From assembly GCA_051362555.1 (NCBI GenBank), contig CM120640.1, positions 65,698,788-65,762,787 of the forward strand: DNA of 64,000 nucleotides. Reading direction: 5' to 3'. The translations under genes were made by a program, and so were the position numbers. The notes below the pieces were generated by a model. That model searched no databases, had not been told where the DNA came from, and saw only the letters and a list, made by a program, of their open reading frames with translations. Positions within the stretch are counted from its first letter, which is position 1. Each line of letters starts with the position of its first letter. Source of the stretch: Lingula anatina. Lineage: Eukaryota > Animalia > Brachiopoda. This document shows positions 61,901-64,000 of the stretch, one piece after another.

Positions 61901-64000
61901 AAGGTAGACTTTTTCATGCTACTTGGTTTAAGTCTGAGTGTGCCTGTACATTTCATCTCAATGGAAGTGGTGGAATTTGACCTTGTTTGGTCTTAAAATG
62001 TCACCTTGAATCTTACTTAACAGATAATGTGCCTTGAAATGTATTTTATTTCAATGTATAGAATGCATGAAGTCACTTAATAATTGCATTGGTAGTTTGA
62101 GGTACAACTTTTTTAATTTTTACGTGTCCTTTTTGTGCCAGGAATATGTTTGTTTTTGAAGACTGTAATGTTAATTAACTTAGACAAGTATAATAATAAT
62201 TTTTTTTTCTCTAGGTGCATGTACGAACACATACAGGTGATAGACCTTTCAGGTGTGAATTCAAAGGCTGTGACAAGGCCTTTGCTACAGGTTATGGTCT
62301 TAAGAGTCATCTGCGTGTACATACTGGTGAAAAACCATATAAATGTCCTGAGGAACTGTGTGATAAAGCCTTCAAGACTTCCGGTGATTTGCAGAAACAT
62401 GTCCGAACACATACAGGTCCATACCATACAATAATATACATAAATCTTAACTAATCTGTGATCAATAACATAAATAGAACTGGAACTTATGTGGTGAAAA
62501 ATTCAAATACTAATGGGTGTTCTAATGGAGACTATTTATAGCTGTATGACACTAAATGATGTGACCAGTCTATCCAGGTCATAACTTAGTAAAAGGCCCC
62601 AGGGTGAGACTACACCATCTTTTAGTCTTTTAATTTTTTACCTTATATGTTCCAGAATTTGATTTATATATACTCCTGTTTCTAATTCTATTAAATTACT
62701 AAAAAAAACATTCACTCATTTGAAAGTGTTATAAACACGTGAAATGTTTTATCCTTATTGAACAAACTTATATGATATTTGTTTCAAGTTTTCTCTGCTC
62801 TTGCAGGAGAGAGACCATTCAAGTGTCCATTCGAAGGTTGTGACCGCTCTTTTACCACATCTAACATTCGTAAAGTTCACATCCGAACCCACACAGGAGA
62901 ACGTCCATACATCTGTAATGAAGCAGGATGTGGGAGATCCTTTGCCAGTGCCACCAATTACAAGAATCATATAAGGATACACACAGGTATATTACAATAC
63001 CAGAAAAGAGAGTGAGAATTAAACAGAGAACCAGTGAAGTTTTACTTGAAAAAAAAAAAAAAAGATTGGGTAGTATTCAAATTATTATCCATGGGTTTTG
63101 ATGAATGTGTGTTTATAAAGAAAACTGATATGAACTGAGTGTAAAAACACAACTTGTTTGTTTGAGAAAGGAATCCATGTGAATCTAAAAGATGATTGCA
63201 TTTAGCAGCAAATGTTCTTTATTTCCAGGAGAGAAGCCCTATGTATGCACAGTGCTCGGGTGTGGAAAACGTTTCACAGAATACAGTAGTCTGTACAAAC
63301 ACCATGTTGTCCATACACATAACAAGCCTTATGTGTGCAACCACTGTGGGAAGACATACAGGCAGACGTCCACTTTGGCCATGCACAAGAGAACAGTCCA
63401 TGGGGAGGATGGGGATGTAGTGGAAGGGGAGCAGATCTTGGTCCAGCAGGGTATGGGGGGTGGAAGTAAGTCATTTCATACTCAGACATGCCATGTCATG
63501 ATATCATTGTAAAACAAATTACTGTGAATCACAATGCTTCATTTTTTTAAAACTTTGGATAATTAGTGAAGATTTTATATTAATGATAAATAGTTACACA
63601 GGCATCATGTAAATATAAAAAAACATTCTGGTTTTTAGATTTGAAGTTTTTCTAAAAGTGAAACTTTCCATTGACGTTAGTTGACATTTTGTTGGGCACC
63701 ACTTCATGACATTAACATTTGCTTATTTAAGTATTGATTCAGTTGTTATTAATGATGTGGACTTAAAATAAAAGTTATAGTCCAAAAACAAAATACTTGT
63801 AATTGTCTCCTTTTTATCTGATCATTGGTTTACTGTATAAAGAACTGGTTTCAGGTGAAGAGCAACCTCCAGAGAAGAGGGCCCGTATACAGTTCAGCTT
63901 ACCAGCCCAGGAAGGTAGTGTTCAGCAGGTGGTTGAAGAAGGTGCCACACAGGAAGATGGGGAGGGCAATTTGGTGATCAACACAGCAGATACTCAGCAG
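58992..64000 (+). CDS. ZNF143: ZNF143/ZNF76 (Staf) transcription factor, 7 C2H2 fingers; continues off the right edge
   Basis: Exons 58992-59096, 59570-59663, 59998-60084, 60391-60486, 60951-61087, 61488-61562, 61808-61903, 62215-62416, 62807-62986, 63229-63465 and 63855-. Four VQLxDGTTA-type activation repeats. Diagnostic fingers [49 protein letters not shown] and RQTSTLAMH. Confidence 0.95.
59681..59895. mobile_element. PIF/Harbinger-like MITE in a ZNF143 intron
   Basis: Imperfect TIRs GGCTCTGTTCTCACAA / CTATGAGAATGGGGTG with TTA and TAA flanks. Confidence 0.55.

Overview
AT-rich, intron-containing animal genomic DNA. The repeat families and genes suggest a marine invertebrate, probably a mollusc (inference). 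Host genes read from splice signals and protein motifs: a rhodanese/TST-MPST gene (- strand, runs off the left edge); a complete 18-coding-exon BLTP3/UHRF1BP1-family gene (-); a single-coding-exon BTB protein with nine tandem (K/N)xDGTPDMR-type repeats (-); a RERG/RASL-like small GTPase (-); a 3-exon Ig-domain type I membrane protein (-); a small single-pass membrane ORF (-); an intronless tetraspanin (-); and ZNF143/ZNF76 (Staf) (+, runs off the right edge). The 19-39 kb block is a transposon island. An intact Gypsy element with identical 148-bp LTRs and an ATGTT TSD sits in the 3' UTR of a 5'-truncated RTEX-like LINE, which itself splits a 339-bp tandem array. Next come a Helentron-type non-autonomous element with 146-bp internal repeats and Kolobok-like MITEs. 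The most unusual items are the BTB-PDMR-repeat gene with its duplicated 3' end, Staf-type sites at the ZNF143 first donor and in the Gypsy LTRs, and an inverted pair of Penelope-like hammerhead motifs. All calls were made by eye; no database searches were run.
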